A stretch of 64,000 nt of DNA from an uncultured Gemmatimonadales bacterium (GCA_963821525.1 CAWGED010000019.1:800001-864000), one strand, 5' to 3'; positions 20,346 through 30,431 are shown, numbered from the stretch's first letter. The notes: generated by a model from the letters alone, not told the origin. Numbers and translations are program-made.

Positions 20346-20566
20346 GAGCGTCTCCTTCGAACGAGTAGATAAGGAACCCTCGGGAAGGGGCACGCCTCGC
20401 TATGGCGCACCTGACGCTCCGCTCTCAGTTGTCCGCTCGTCTCCGCTGATCCTGACCAGCATCCCTGCACCAACGAAGACCGGGGCCGCCTGCCGTTTTT
20501 TCCTTTCTGAAAGAAGGGTGGTCCCGCTCACACCTTCATTCCTGCATTCCTGCGTTTGGACGCCGA

Positions 20567-20607
20567 CGGGCCCGGCATCCCTTGAACGACGAGATGCGGC
20601 GGGCCCG
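20567..20607 (-). terminator. GC-rich hairpin just downstream of the gene ending at 20628
   Basis: CGGGCCCG-GCATC...GATGC-GG-CGGGCCCG inverted repeat; no clear U-tract. Confidence 0.4.
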
Positions 20608-20627
20608 CTGAATTTTGTTGCTACGAC

Positions 20628-21362
20628 CTAACTGGGGCGCCGGGCCTCCGCCCAGCGGTTGGTCGCGTCGAGCACCGCGAATACTGCGGCGCGCTCCGCG
20701 CTCTCTTTGATCTCGGCCGTACCCATGAGCAATACCGCTTCACGTCCACCGAGCCCCTGCACCGCCACCATCACGAACTCGCGGTCGAACGCCTCGACGA
20801 TCTTGGACCCTTCGAGCGCCACCGAGTTGTCCGCCAGCAGCTGGTCGAGCGCCGAAACCGCCGCCCGGGCCGCCGCCTCTACCCGGCTCCGCGGGGTGTC
20901 CGAGCTTTCCTCTTCGGCCACCGCCCTGGTCTCCCCGAATCCCAGCGTCACCTGGATCGAAATCCGGTGCGGCCGCTTGCCCGGTGCCACGGTGAGCGAG
21001 TCGAACAGCGCGGCGCGCCGCATCGAGCGCTCCCGTACCGCGTCTCTTTCCAGCGCCTCGATGGGCCGGACTTCGGCGGTCTGGGCAATGCTGATTTTGC
21101 GATGATCTACCTTGAGCCCGAGCTGGGCCAGGAGAGCGGACTCTATATTGCGGACCAGCTGCTTCGCTTGCAAGCCCGACTGGGCCAGAATATGGACCTC
21201 GCTGACCTCCCCGAGCGGGGTGGTCACCACCCGGGCCGAAAGCACCCCTTCCAGGCTGGTGAGCAGTTGCTCAGCCCGGCGAACCCCCCACGGATCCGGC
21301 GGGCTCTCCAACGGAGCCGAACGCAGGGAGGCATCGGGTTGGCGGATCGGGGTCGAGGACAA
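20628..21362 (-). CDS. Conserved hypothetical protein; probable TTG start at 21362
   Basis: VLSARVV...EVHILA...KQLVRNIESAL...VDHRKISIAQ and C-terminal AVLDATNR; RBS GAAAGGA upstream of TTG. Confidence 0.75.
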   Translation of the reverse strand: MSSTPIRQPDASLRSAPLESPPDPWGVRRAEQLLTSLEGVLSARVVTTPLGEVSEVHILAQSGLQAKQLVRNIESALLAQLGLKVDHRKISIAQTAEVRPIEALERDAVRERSMRRAALFDSLTVAPGKRPHRISIQVTLGFGETRAVAEEESSDTPRSRVEAAARAAVSALDQLLADNSVALEGSKIVEAFDREFVMVAVQGLGGREAVLLMGTAEIKESAERAAVFAVLDATNRWAEARRPS

Positions 21363-21387
21363 GATCCAGCTATCCTTTCGTGCGGTT

Positions 21388-23067
21388 TCAGGCGACCGCG
21401 TTACGTCCGTTGGCCTTCGCGTGGTACAGTGCGCGATCGGCCAGCACAAGTAAATCCCCCTCGTGGGGTCGCCTCACGTCGTATTCGGCGACGCCGATAC
21501 TGGCAGTCACCAGCCCGACCGGGTAGCCCAGCCGGCGCCCCACTCCTTCGATCCCGGCCCGGATCGCCTCGCCGACCCGATTGGCTCCCGCCAGGTCGGT
21601 CCGGTTGAGCAGGACCACGAACTCATCACCGCCGTAGCGTGCCGCCAGGTCCGAGGCGCGAATCGCGCTCTTCAGCTCGGTCGCCACCGCACGAAGCACC
21701 GCGTTCCCCGCCTCGTGCCCGTACTGATCGTTCACCAGCTTGAAGTGGTCCAGATCGATGAACAGGACCGCGAACCCCTCCAGGCTGCGCTTGCTTCGCT
21801 CGACCTCGTAACTCAGCCGGTCGTTCAGAACTTTGTACGCGGCGAGCCCGGTCAGGGTATCCACCGCCGCATCGCGCTGCGCCTCTTCGACCCGCCGAGC
21901 CTGGTAGGGTACACACTGCTTGAGTGATGCCCGGCCCATGGCCGCCGCCTGGGCGAACGCGGCGCAGGTCTCGAATCCGCAGGCCCGGCAGTCCCACGGC
22001 TTGCCGTGAGGACCCAGGCCGATCGCGGCGAGCACTTCATCCACCTGGGCCGTATCGGCCCGCACCAGTCGCGGCTGGATCTCGAAGATGGCTCCGTAGC
22101 TCGCGACTACTGCGTCGTCCACCACCGGCTGGCGGCTCCGCGGAGGCTCGCTGTTCTCCACGACCGAACGGCGCCAGAACAGCTCTTCACGCGGGCCCGA
22201 GAGCGGGTGATCCAGCCATCCCTCGTGGGCCAGCAGATCGACGAACCCCAGGTCGAGCCGGTCTATCACGACCGCGCGGGACAGACCGCGCAGCTCACCC
22301 AATCCCCGCAGCTTCCGGAACCGCTTGCTCGAGTGCCGAGATTCTTCCAGCAGCGAGAGCGGTATCCCGCCCGCCAGGCTCAGGTAGCGACGATGTTCCG
22401 CGGGGACCCGGGCGTAGTGTGCGGGCTGCGCGAGGGGGCTCACACCGCGGAGCCGGAACAGCTGCTCCAGGTCCTGGAAGGTGATCGCCGAATCGAGCTC
22501 CTCGCGCCCGGCAGGCGGGCACACACCGGCGTATACCACCTCCAGCCCTTCGCCCCACTGCGCCCGCAGGTACCTCGCCTCCGCCAGCGCGGGCAACGTC
22601 ACCGGCGCGAGATAGGGAACCAGTTCCGGATAGTCTCTCCGGATCGCCTCCACCACCACCGGGTCGGTGGAGCGGATCATGGTGCCCCAGTTTTCCTCAC
22701 GCCACAGCCTCAAGTACTCCGAGGCGACCAACTCGTCTCCCACTACCCCGCGGGTCACCAGACGGAACCCGGCGGAGTAGCATGCGTTCACGATTTGCTC
22801 CGGCGCCGCCGGGTAGAAGTACGCCACGGCCTCCGGACTCAGGATCAGCGCGCCGTCGCCTCTCGTGGCGACCGCGATGGCGCGACCCAATTCACCAGTG
22901 ACTTCAATCGCGTGATGCGGGCAAGCGGGAACGCAGAGCCCGCACCGAATGCAGCTCTCGTCTACGATGCGCACCAGTGGATCCTGCACCTCGACGGCGC
23001 CGGTCGGGCACACGCGTACGCAGGCCAGGCACGTAACGCAGGCCGCCGGGTCAATCGAGAAAATCAC
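21388..23067 (-). CDS. Diguanylate cyclase with N-terminal 2x[4Fe-4S], a degenerate [FeFe]-hydrogenase-like domain and an extra FeS domain
   Basis: CVTCLACVRVCP, CIRCGLCVPACP, DCRACGFETC...C; DTLTGL, DLDHFKLVND.YGH..G, RYGGDEF, ADRALY.AK.NGRN. Confidence 0.9.
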   Translation of the reverse strand: MIFSIDPAACVTCLACVRVCPTGAVEVQDPLVRIVDESCIRCGLCVPACPHHAIEVTGELGRAIAVATRGDGALILSPEAVAYFYPAAPEQIVNACYSAGFRLVTRGVVGDELVASEYLRLWREENWGTMIRSTDPVVVEAIRRDYPELVPYLAPVTLPALAEARYLRAQWGEGLEVVYAGVCPPAGREELDSAITFQDLEQLFRLRGVSPLAQPAHYARVPAEHRRYLSLAGGIPLSLLEESRHSSKRFRKLRGLGELRGLSRAVVIDRLDLGFVDLLAHEGWLDHPLSGPREELFWRRSVVENSEPPRSRQPVVDDAVVASYGAIFEIQPRLVRADTAQVDEVLAAIGLGPHGKPWDCRACGFETCAAFAQAAAMGRASLKQCVPYQARRVEEAQRDAAVDTLTGLAAYKVLNDRLSYEVERSKRSLEGFAVLFIDLDHFKLVNDQYGHEAGNAVLRAVATELKSAIRASDLAARYGGDEFVVLLNRTDLAGANRVGEAIRAGIEGVGRRLGYPVGLVTASIGVAEYDVRRPHEGDLLVLADRALYHAKANGRNAVA

Positions 23068-23189
23068 TGTGCTAAACCCTGGTGCTGGATCGGAAAAATC
23101 CCGGGTTGCCGAATATGCGCCTCCAGGACATAACTGTCAAGAATCGTGAGCACGCAAATCCCAGTTCCCGCAGAACTTAGCTCGTTGAC

Positions 23190-24700
23190 CTACTCCAAAT
23201 TGTAAGCCTTGATTTTTCGGTACAGCGTGCGTTCGCCTATGCCCAGAACCTCTGCCGCTTTACGGCGATTTCCTCGGAACTGAGTAAGCGCCGCAGCGAT
23301 AGCGGCTTTTTCGACCTCGGCCATGGTCATCCCCGGCCGGTAGACGACTTCCCCCTGTTCTTCCGGCTCAGATTCCGGCAAGACGTCTGCCACGGAGCTG
23401 CTTTGGCCAAGTTCAATAACCTGAACACGTTGCGGCCTATCGTCCAAACGGCGCCTCATTTCCTCGACCTGGAGGCGTAAGTCCATGAGACTCCGTAGGA
23501 TAAACTCCAATTCCTGGGTTGGCAGATCGCGACCTGTTGCTCCAATCCGCACGGGAAGCATCCGGCCAGCCCCCTCCAGGATGTCGGCTGGGATGTCGGA
23601 TGCCCGGATCTCCCGACCCGGGGCGAGCACCACCATGGACTCGATGAGATTCCGCAGCTGGCGCACGTTGCCGGGCCAGGGGCCTTCGATCAGGAGGCTC
23701 ATCGCCTCGGGAGTCATGCCGCGGAAGGGACGGTCGTGGGCCCGGGAGAACTCGCGGATGAAGCGTTTGACCAGAACCGGGATGTCGCTCGCGCCGCTCG
23801 CGCAGCGGCGGGAGATAGATGTTCAGGACATTGAGCCGGTAATACAGATCGTCCCGGAATTCCCCCAGTGCTACGAGCTCCTTGAGGCTCCGGTTGGTGG
23901 CGGCGAGCACCCGAACGTCTACCTTGATCGGCTGAACGCCTCCCACCCGAAAGAATGTCCGCGTCTCCAGCACCCGCAGCAGCTTCACCTGCACGGTGGC
24001 CGAGATCTCGCTGATCTCGTCGAGGAAGATGGTGCCAGTGTCGGCCAGCTCGAAGCGACCCAGCCTGCGCTCCGCCGCACCGGTGAAGGCGCCCTTTTCG
24101 TGGCCGAACAGCTCCGACTCAAGCAGGGTCTCGGGTAGTGCGGCGCAGTTGACCGGAATGAACGGCTTCCCTCGCCGGGGCGAGAGATCGTGGATCGCCT
24201 TCGCGACCAGTTCCTTCCCGGTGCCGGATTCTCCCTGGATCAGTACGGTGCTGGAGACCGGAGCCATCTGTTCGATCCGGACCAGCAACTCCTGGATGGC
24301 GGCACTCTCTCCCGATATGCCGGTACGCTGCTGCAGTTGGCGCCGGTCCACCAGGCGCTCGATGAGTGCCACGGTATCGGGCGGGTTGATCGGCTTGACC
24401 GCGACTTCGGTGACGTCGAGACCCAGTCCCTCTCGGTCAGTCTGGGCGGGATCGGTAGGCTCGAGCAGCGCCAGGGTCGAGACCTCCGCGTCCCGCGCCT
24501 GTGCCACCAGCTGCTTGGGCCTGGGAGTCGTGGACCGCACCGGTGAGCACCAGCAAGTCGGGGTGCTCCTTCCGCAATGCTCCTCGCCCATCGTCCATCG
24601 GCGAGATCATCACAGTGCGATACTGGGCAGCCTCGAGCGCGGCGTTGAGTCGTACCGCCGATTCGAGGTCGTCCATGGTGATGAGAATCTTGGAGGCCAT
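23190..24700 (-). CDS. Sigma54-dependent enhancer-binding protein (degenerate receiver + AAA + Fis HTH), apparent frameshifts
   Basis: [56 protein letters not shown]; ORFs 24437-24700, 23437-24591 and 23190-23717. Confidence 0.9.
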
Positions 24701-24709
24701 CTATCTCAG

Positions 24710-24792
24710 AGATTTCAAATTGAAGATTTCAGATTGAAGATTCGTGATCCCCGGATCGGCGCGCGTCGAATCGCAATCGGCAATCGGCAATT
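24710..24792. repeat. Heptamer arrays with inverted cores (AGATTTC/AGATTGA, then CAATCGG)
   Basis: Read directly; right arm runs into the mogA-like stop codon. Confidence 0.7.
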
Positions 24793-25283
24793 ACCGGTGG
24801 TCCGTCGCAATCCCCCGAATCAGCTGAACTGCGTGTTCCACCAGATCATCGAGTACCGCCAAGCCGTCTCGCACACCGTTCGGACTTCCTGGCAGATTCA
24901 CGATCAACGTTTTCCCTCTCACGCCGGCGAGGCCGCGAGCGAGCGCGGCGCGATGAAAGCCGGGGTAGGCCGTCATCCGAAGCGCCTCGGCGATGCCCGG
25001 CGCTTCCCGCTCGAGGACGCGCTTGGTGGCTTCCGGGGTAACGTCACGCGGGCTCAGCCCGGTACCGCCAGTCGTGAGGATCAGGTCGGCCTGGTCACGA
25101 TCGGCCCATTGCGTGAGTGTCGCGGCGATGCGATCGGACTCATCGGGGACAAGATCCCGGGTTGTTACTCCAAATCCCCGTTGTCTTAGCCCAGTCGGCG
25201 ATTGCATCACCCGATGTGTCGGCCCTTTGCCCGCGCGAACCGGCATCGGAGATCGTCAGAACGGCGACAGCGGAATAGGTCAG
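24791..25283 (-). CDS. mogA: Molybdopterin adenylyltransferase MogA/MoaB; frameshift near 25175, start approximate
   Basis: AVLTISD...DTSG (other frame), VPDE, LILTTGGTGLSPRDVTPEA, NLPGSP. Confidence 0.85.
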
Positions 25284-25319
25284 GGCGGTCGCCGCCGTGA
25301 CCGCCTGCCGCCGTACCGC

Positions 25320-26433
25320 CTACTTCTTCACACTCCCATCGGTATAAAACGGCTTCTTCACCACCTCCGCCGGCTGCTTCTCGCCGCGGATTTCTACTTC
25401 GAACCGGGTTCCGGCTTTCGCCGCGGCAGCCGGGAGATAAGTGGTACCAATCGGGATGCCGAGCGACGGACTCATGGTGCCGCTCCGCACCAGGTCAACC
25501 TGCTGGCCACCATGCCAGACCGGAAAGCCGTGCCGCGGGACGCTGCGCTCCAGCATCCGGAATCCCACCAGCTTGCGTTGCAGCCCCTGAAGCTTCTGCA
25601 CCCGCAGCGCCTGGTCGCCCACGAAAGGGGCGCCCTTGTCGAGCTTCACCACCCAGCCCAAGCCTGCTTCGAGCGGTGAGGTAGTGTCGTCGATGTCGTT
25701 TCCGTATAGCGCGTAGCCGACCTCGAGTCGCAGGGTATCGCGGGCACCCAGGCCGATCGGCGTGGCTTTTCCAGGGCCGGTCAGAGCATCCCAGATTGCC
25801 CGAACATCCTCGGACCGGCAGTACAGCTCGAAACCATCTTCTCCGGTGTATCCGGTCCGCGAGATGAAGCATCCCTTCCCCGCCACCTTCCCGATGGCGA
25901 AGCGATAGTACCCGATGTCCCCCAGGTTCTGGTCGGTGATCGGCGCGAGCAGTTTCTCGGACACGGGCCCCTGAAGCGCAACCAGCCCGACTTCATCGGA
26001 GATATTCCGGAGCCGCACGTTGCCACCCTTGACCTTCTGCGCGACGAGGTGCTCCCAGTCCTTCTCGATGTTGGCCGCATTGACGACCAGCATCACCTTG
26101 TCTTCAAACCGGTAAACCGTGCAGTCGTCGATGATGGTCCCCTGGTCGTTGAGCAGGGTGGAGTACTGCACCTGTCCGGTCTCCAGCGCGCCCACATCAT
26201 TCGAGGTGACGCGATTGACGAACCCGTTGCGGTCGGGGCCGGTCACTTCGAATTCACCCATGTGGCAGACATCAAAAATTCCCGCGTGCTCCCGGACCGC
26301 CTTGTGCTCGGCCAGGATTCCCGGAGGGGTATTGCACCGGCATTTCCCACCCAGCGAACGGCACCAGCCGGGCGAGGAGCTCACGGTGCACGTCGTAGAG
26401 CGGGGTGCGTTTCAGGGTTGTGGTGTCAGACAT
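25320..26433 (-). CDS. gcvT: Glycine cleavage system aminomethyltransferase T, frameshift near 26325
   Basis: [10 protein letters not shown]...[42 protein letters not shown]. Confidence 0.95.
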
Positions 26434-26449
26434 TTCGGTTCCGTGGTCA

Positions 26450-26555
26450 GGTAAGCGGTAAGCGGTAAGCGGTGAGCGGGCGGGATTGCAGAGGTCAGTT
26501 GTTTGCAAGAACTCAAGCACTCCTGCCCGCTGACTGCTCACTGCTCACCGCTCAC
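26450..26555. repeat. Inverted heptamer arrays GGTRAGC x4, then GCTSAC(T/C) x4
   Basis: Read directly; last unit contains the argF stop (26552-26554). Confidence 0.85.
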
Positions 26556-27460
26556 GGTTTCTCTCCCATCAGCATTGCCAGCAAAGCCTTCTGCACGTGC
26601 AAACGGTTCTCTGCTTCGTCCCATACCTTGGACTGCGGACCGTCGATCACGCCCTCGGTGACTTCCTCTCCCCGGTGAGCGGGAAGGCAGTGAAGGAAGA
26701 TCGCGTTGGGTTGGGCCAGGGCCATCAACTCCTCATCCACCGTGTAGCCCTGGAAGGCCAGCGCCCTCGTTTCGGCCTCGCCCTCCTGCCCCATTGAGGC
26801 CCAGACGTCGGTGGTGATCACGTCGGCTCCCTCGGCGGCTTCTTCCGGAAGCTCGGTAATGAGAATGTTGGTGAGCTTGCTGTTCCGCTCGAAGAGCTCG
26901 TGATCCGGCTCGTAGCCCTCCGGACAGGCGAGGCGCAGCTCGAAGCCCAGTACACCGGCCGCATCCATCCAGCTATTCGCCATGTTGTTTCCATCGCCGA
27001 TCCAGGCGACCGACTTGCCATTCCATCCGCCGAGGCATTCCTGCACCGTCATCAGATCGGCGAGCACCTGACAGGGGTGCTGCAGGTCGGTCAAACCGTT
27101 GATCACCGGGACGTCGGCGTAGCGGGCCAGCTCGACCACGTCGGCCTGGGCAAAGGTCCTGATCATGATTCCGTGGACATACCGGGAGAGGACCCGGGCC
27201 ATGTCCTTGATGGGCTCGCCGCGACCCAGCTGGATGTCCCGGGCCGAAAGGAAAACCGCCTGGCCACCGAGCTGGTGGGCTCCCACTTCGAAGGACACCC
27301 GGGTTCGGGTGGAGCTCTTGGCGAAGACCATCGCAAGGGTCTGCCCTTCGAGCGGCCGGTTGCGGTACTTCCCGCTCTTCATCTGCCCGGCAAGGTCAAA
27401 GAGCTAGGAGAGTTCGGTTTTCGAGAGGTCGGGAATCGCCAGGAAGTCGCGTTTGGGCAT
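26552..27460 (-). CDS. argF: Ornithine carbamoyltransferase, frameshift near 27405
   Basis: MPKRDFLAI start, SSTRTRVSFE, HPCQVLAD, DVWASMG, HCLPAHRG. Confidence 0.95.
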
Positions 27461-27597
27461 GCCGTGCAGCGTGGAGAGGGGGTCCGCCAATTTGGCAGAG
27501 GAAGGTAATGGGTACCGAAGGGTCCGGGGCAGGTGCCCTTTGGGCAGATGACTCTTGACCATGACCGGCTTAGGGTTAGACAACTTCGGAGAGTAGC

Positions 27598-29239
27598 ATG
27601 CAACCCTTCGACCCCGCCGCCTTCGTCCTGATCACCGCCCTGATCGGCGGGGTGATCCTGCTTGCGAGCGCGGTATCCGGGCTCCTCGAAAAGACCAGCA
27701 TCCCCCACGTCGCGGTCTTCCTGCTTCTGGGGTTGCTGCTTGGACCTCACGGGCTGGGATTGGTGGACTTCGGAATGCGCTCAGGTGCGCTGGGTGCCGT
27801 GGCCACGCTCAGCCTCGTGCTGGTGCTCTTCACCGACGCCCTCGGCATCAATCCCCAGGCGCTTCGCCAGCATCTCGGAGTGGCTGCGGTTCTGCTGGGG
27901 CCAGGCACCGTTCTCACCGCCGCGATCATCGGACTGGCCGCAGCGTTACTGCTCGGCGTCGGTCCAGCACAGGCCGCCGTGCTCGGCGCGGCCCTCGCCT
28001 CAACCGATCCGGTCATGATGCGCGGGCTGATCCGCCGGCCCGGAGTCCGGCCAGCGACGAGAACGGCACTCGGGATCGAGAGCGGCCTGAACGACGCGGT
28101 TCTGTTGCCGATCGTCGTGATCGCGATGGCCTTCATGCGGGAGGCGGCTCCGACCATCGGGCAGGTGAGCCGAGTGGCGCTGGACGTGCTCGTGCTGGGA
28201 CCGGCCGCCGGTGTGGCGACCGGATATCTCGCGGTGCGGCTCCTCGAAGCAGTGAGAGGCCGCTACGGGATTCGGCGAGACTACGAGTCGATGTACGTGC
28301 TGGGTGTCGCGTTCACCGCATTCGCGATCGCCGAATCACTCCACGCCAGTGGCTTCATGGCAGCCTTTGCCGCTGGGCTTACCATAGACCTGCTGGATGT
28401 GGAGCTGTGTGACTGCTTCCACGATTACGGGGAAGCCACGTCCACGATGCTACTGCTGTTCACCTTCGTTCTGCTGGGGCTGTCGCTCATCTGGACCGGC
28501 CTCTCGATCATGTCGGCGCAGACCCTGGCGTTCGCGGTATTGGCGCTGGTGGCGCGGTCGCTGGTTCTGCTCGTAGCCCTTCCACGCAACGCCGTGGACC
28601 CGAGAGCCGGAAGCTCGTCGTGTGGTTCGGCCCGCGCGGGCTGAGCTCGCTGCTTCTCGTGCTGCTTCCGATTTTCACGGGGATCGAGGGGAGCAGTCAT
28701 TGTTCGCGCCGGTCGCCACCGTGGTGCTGCTCTCCGTCGTGGTGCACGGAGGGATGCTGGCCCTCTGGATTCGCAAGCTGGAACCTGCGCAGGTGAGCGC
28801 GGCGACCGAAAGTCAGGAGACACCTCTCGTCGCCCATTCGGAGCTGATCACCTTCGACGAGATAAAGCGGCTGGATGCGGCGGGAATTCCTTATCGTCTG
28901 CTCGATGTCCGTTCGGTGGGCAGCTATGCAGGTTCCGACATCACGGCGCGCGGGTCGGTGCGGGTTGATCCCGATCGCCCGGTCGAGAGTGCCGCGGAGC
29001 TGGCGCTCCCCAAACACGATTGGCTGGTGGCCTACTGTGCCTGAAGGAACGAAGCCACAAGCACCCGTGTGGTGCGAGAGCTGAAGCAGGCCGGATGGAC
29101 CAGGGCGAGAGCACTGGTGGGTGGATGGGGGAAATGGGTGGAGCTGGGGCTGCCGGTCGAGGCCAAGGATTCCCCCGATTCCAAATCGCGGGCCGGCAGT
29201 GCGTGGCTGCGGCGCGCGAGTGAGAGTACTGAGGATTAG
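27598..29239 (+). CDS. CPA1/NhaP-type cation:proton antiporter fused to a C-terminal rhodanese; probable selenocysteine at UGA 29042-29044; two apparent frameshifts near 28605 and 28695
   Basis: LASTDPV, ESGLND, WFGPRG; LLDVR...VAYCA(UGA)RNEATSTRVVRELKQAGWTRARALVGGW..W...GLPV continues in frame to TAG 29237-29239. Confidence 0.8.
29054..29073 (+). promoter_or_regulatory. Putative bacterial SECIS hairpin
   Basis: GCCACA-AGCACCCG-UGUGGU stem-loop starting 9 nt after the in-frame UGA. Confidence 0.6.
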
Positions 29240-29279
29240 GCGAATGTTCCCGCGATTTAAATCGCGGCTCGGCAGAGCG

Positions 29280-30335
29280 TCACTGCGCGACGCGTGCCCT
29301 CCGGGTCAGCTCTTTAGTCTCCGAATCAAGCCGGGGCTCCAGCGGCAACACCATTTCTCCGCGGCGGTTGGTCACCTCCGCCGCCTCGTCGTACGCCGAA
29401 AAAAAGCGCGCCGGATCACACATCGCGCTGATCAGTACAGGGCGGCCGTGCACATTTTCCACCGCCTGTCCGATGCGCCAGCCGACGGTGTACCAAGGCC
29501 TGAATGCCGAAGTAGGCCGTGCGCGTCCGGTCAGAGAGTCCGCCTTCAAGCGGCCATCGAGCGCGTCCGTGAAGACCTCCAGCTCGGCTCGGTCCTGAGC
29601 AAAGTTGGCCACGTCCCGGTCCGCGGCGCCCGGGTGGCGGAGTCGCTGGTGGCCTGAGGATGGACATCCGGCCCTCCAGCTGCGGCCAGCATCGCCAGGC
29701 CTTCGCCCAGGGCGCTGGCCCACATGCGGGCATCACGCACTTCGGATGAAATCGTGTCGGAGACCTCGTGGCAGGCCGCGGCGATACCGACGTGATGCAG
29801 CTCATGCGCCATGGTGTTCTCCACCTGTTCCGCGCGTTCAGCGGATTCACGTAGAGGAAGATCGCCCGGGTGCCGTCGAGATCGAACACGAAGCTGTTGG
29901 TTCGCGGTTTGATTTCGAGGAAGAGCGGGCTTTGAGCGGAGTTCCAGCCGGCAGGTAGGCCAGGGCGCGAGTGGCCGCCGACCGGGGATCGAGTCGGTGG
30001 AGCTGCCCGAGGGCCCTCGCAAGGCTTTGGGTCCGCGCCTTGAGCGAGTCGGATTTCAGAAATGCCTGGAAGTCGGCGTCGCTGAATTGCCGGCCCATCG
30101 CGGCTTCACGTTTCTTCAGGGCCCGATATCCCTCGGTAGCGAAGAGGCGTTCCCAGTCATCGGCGCAATCGGGCGGCCTGCTACCCGGGCTTCCAGGATG
30201 GCGAGCGCTGATCGGCCTCATCAGTGACCAGCTCGACCTGAACGTTGGAAGCGAAGACCCGGAAGTTCCTTGGGCATATGCCGCCTCCGCGACACCAATC
30301 AGCAACGCGATCAGGAGTCGAGCGGAAACCTGCAT
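29280..30335 (-). CDS. Secreted putative zinc metalloprotease (DUF5700-like), multiple apparent frameshifts
   Basis: Signal peptide, AHELHH, downstream GEGLA, WYTVGW; ORFs 29847-30335, 29546-30022 and 29280-29723. Confidence 0.65.
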
Positions 30336-30431
30336 GGCTGGAATCTCCGGGAGCGGTCGTCTCGGGCACCTGGCAACCCTTGAGAGACATTGGTACTGCA
30401 GAAAGGGTTGGCCGGTCCTGGTGCCTCACCC

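Noticed and set aside
20358..20627. c-di-GMP riboswitch upstream of the peptide/HD-GYP genes
   Set aside because: I could not find the GEMM-type two-hairpin consensus by eye.
21388..23067. Functional [FeFe]-hydrogenase
   Set aside because: Most H-cluster cysteines are replaced, and no maturases are in the window.
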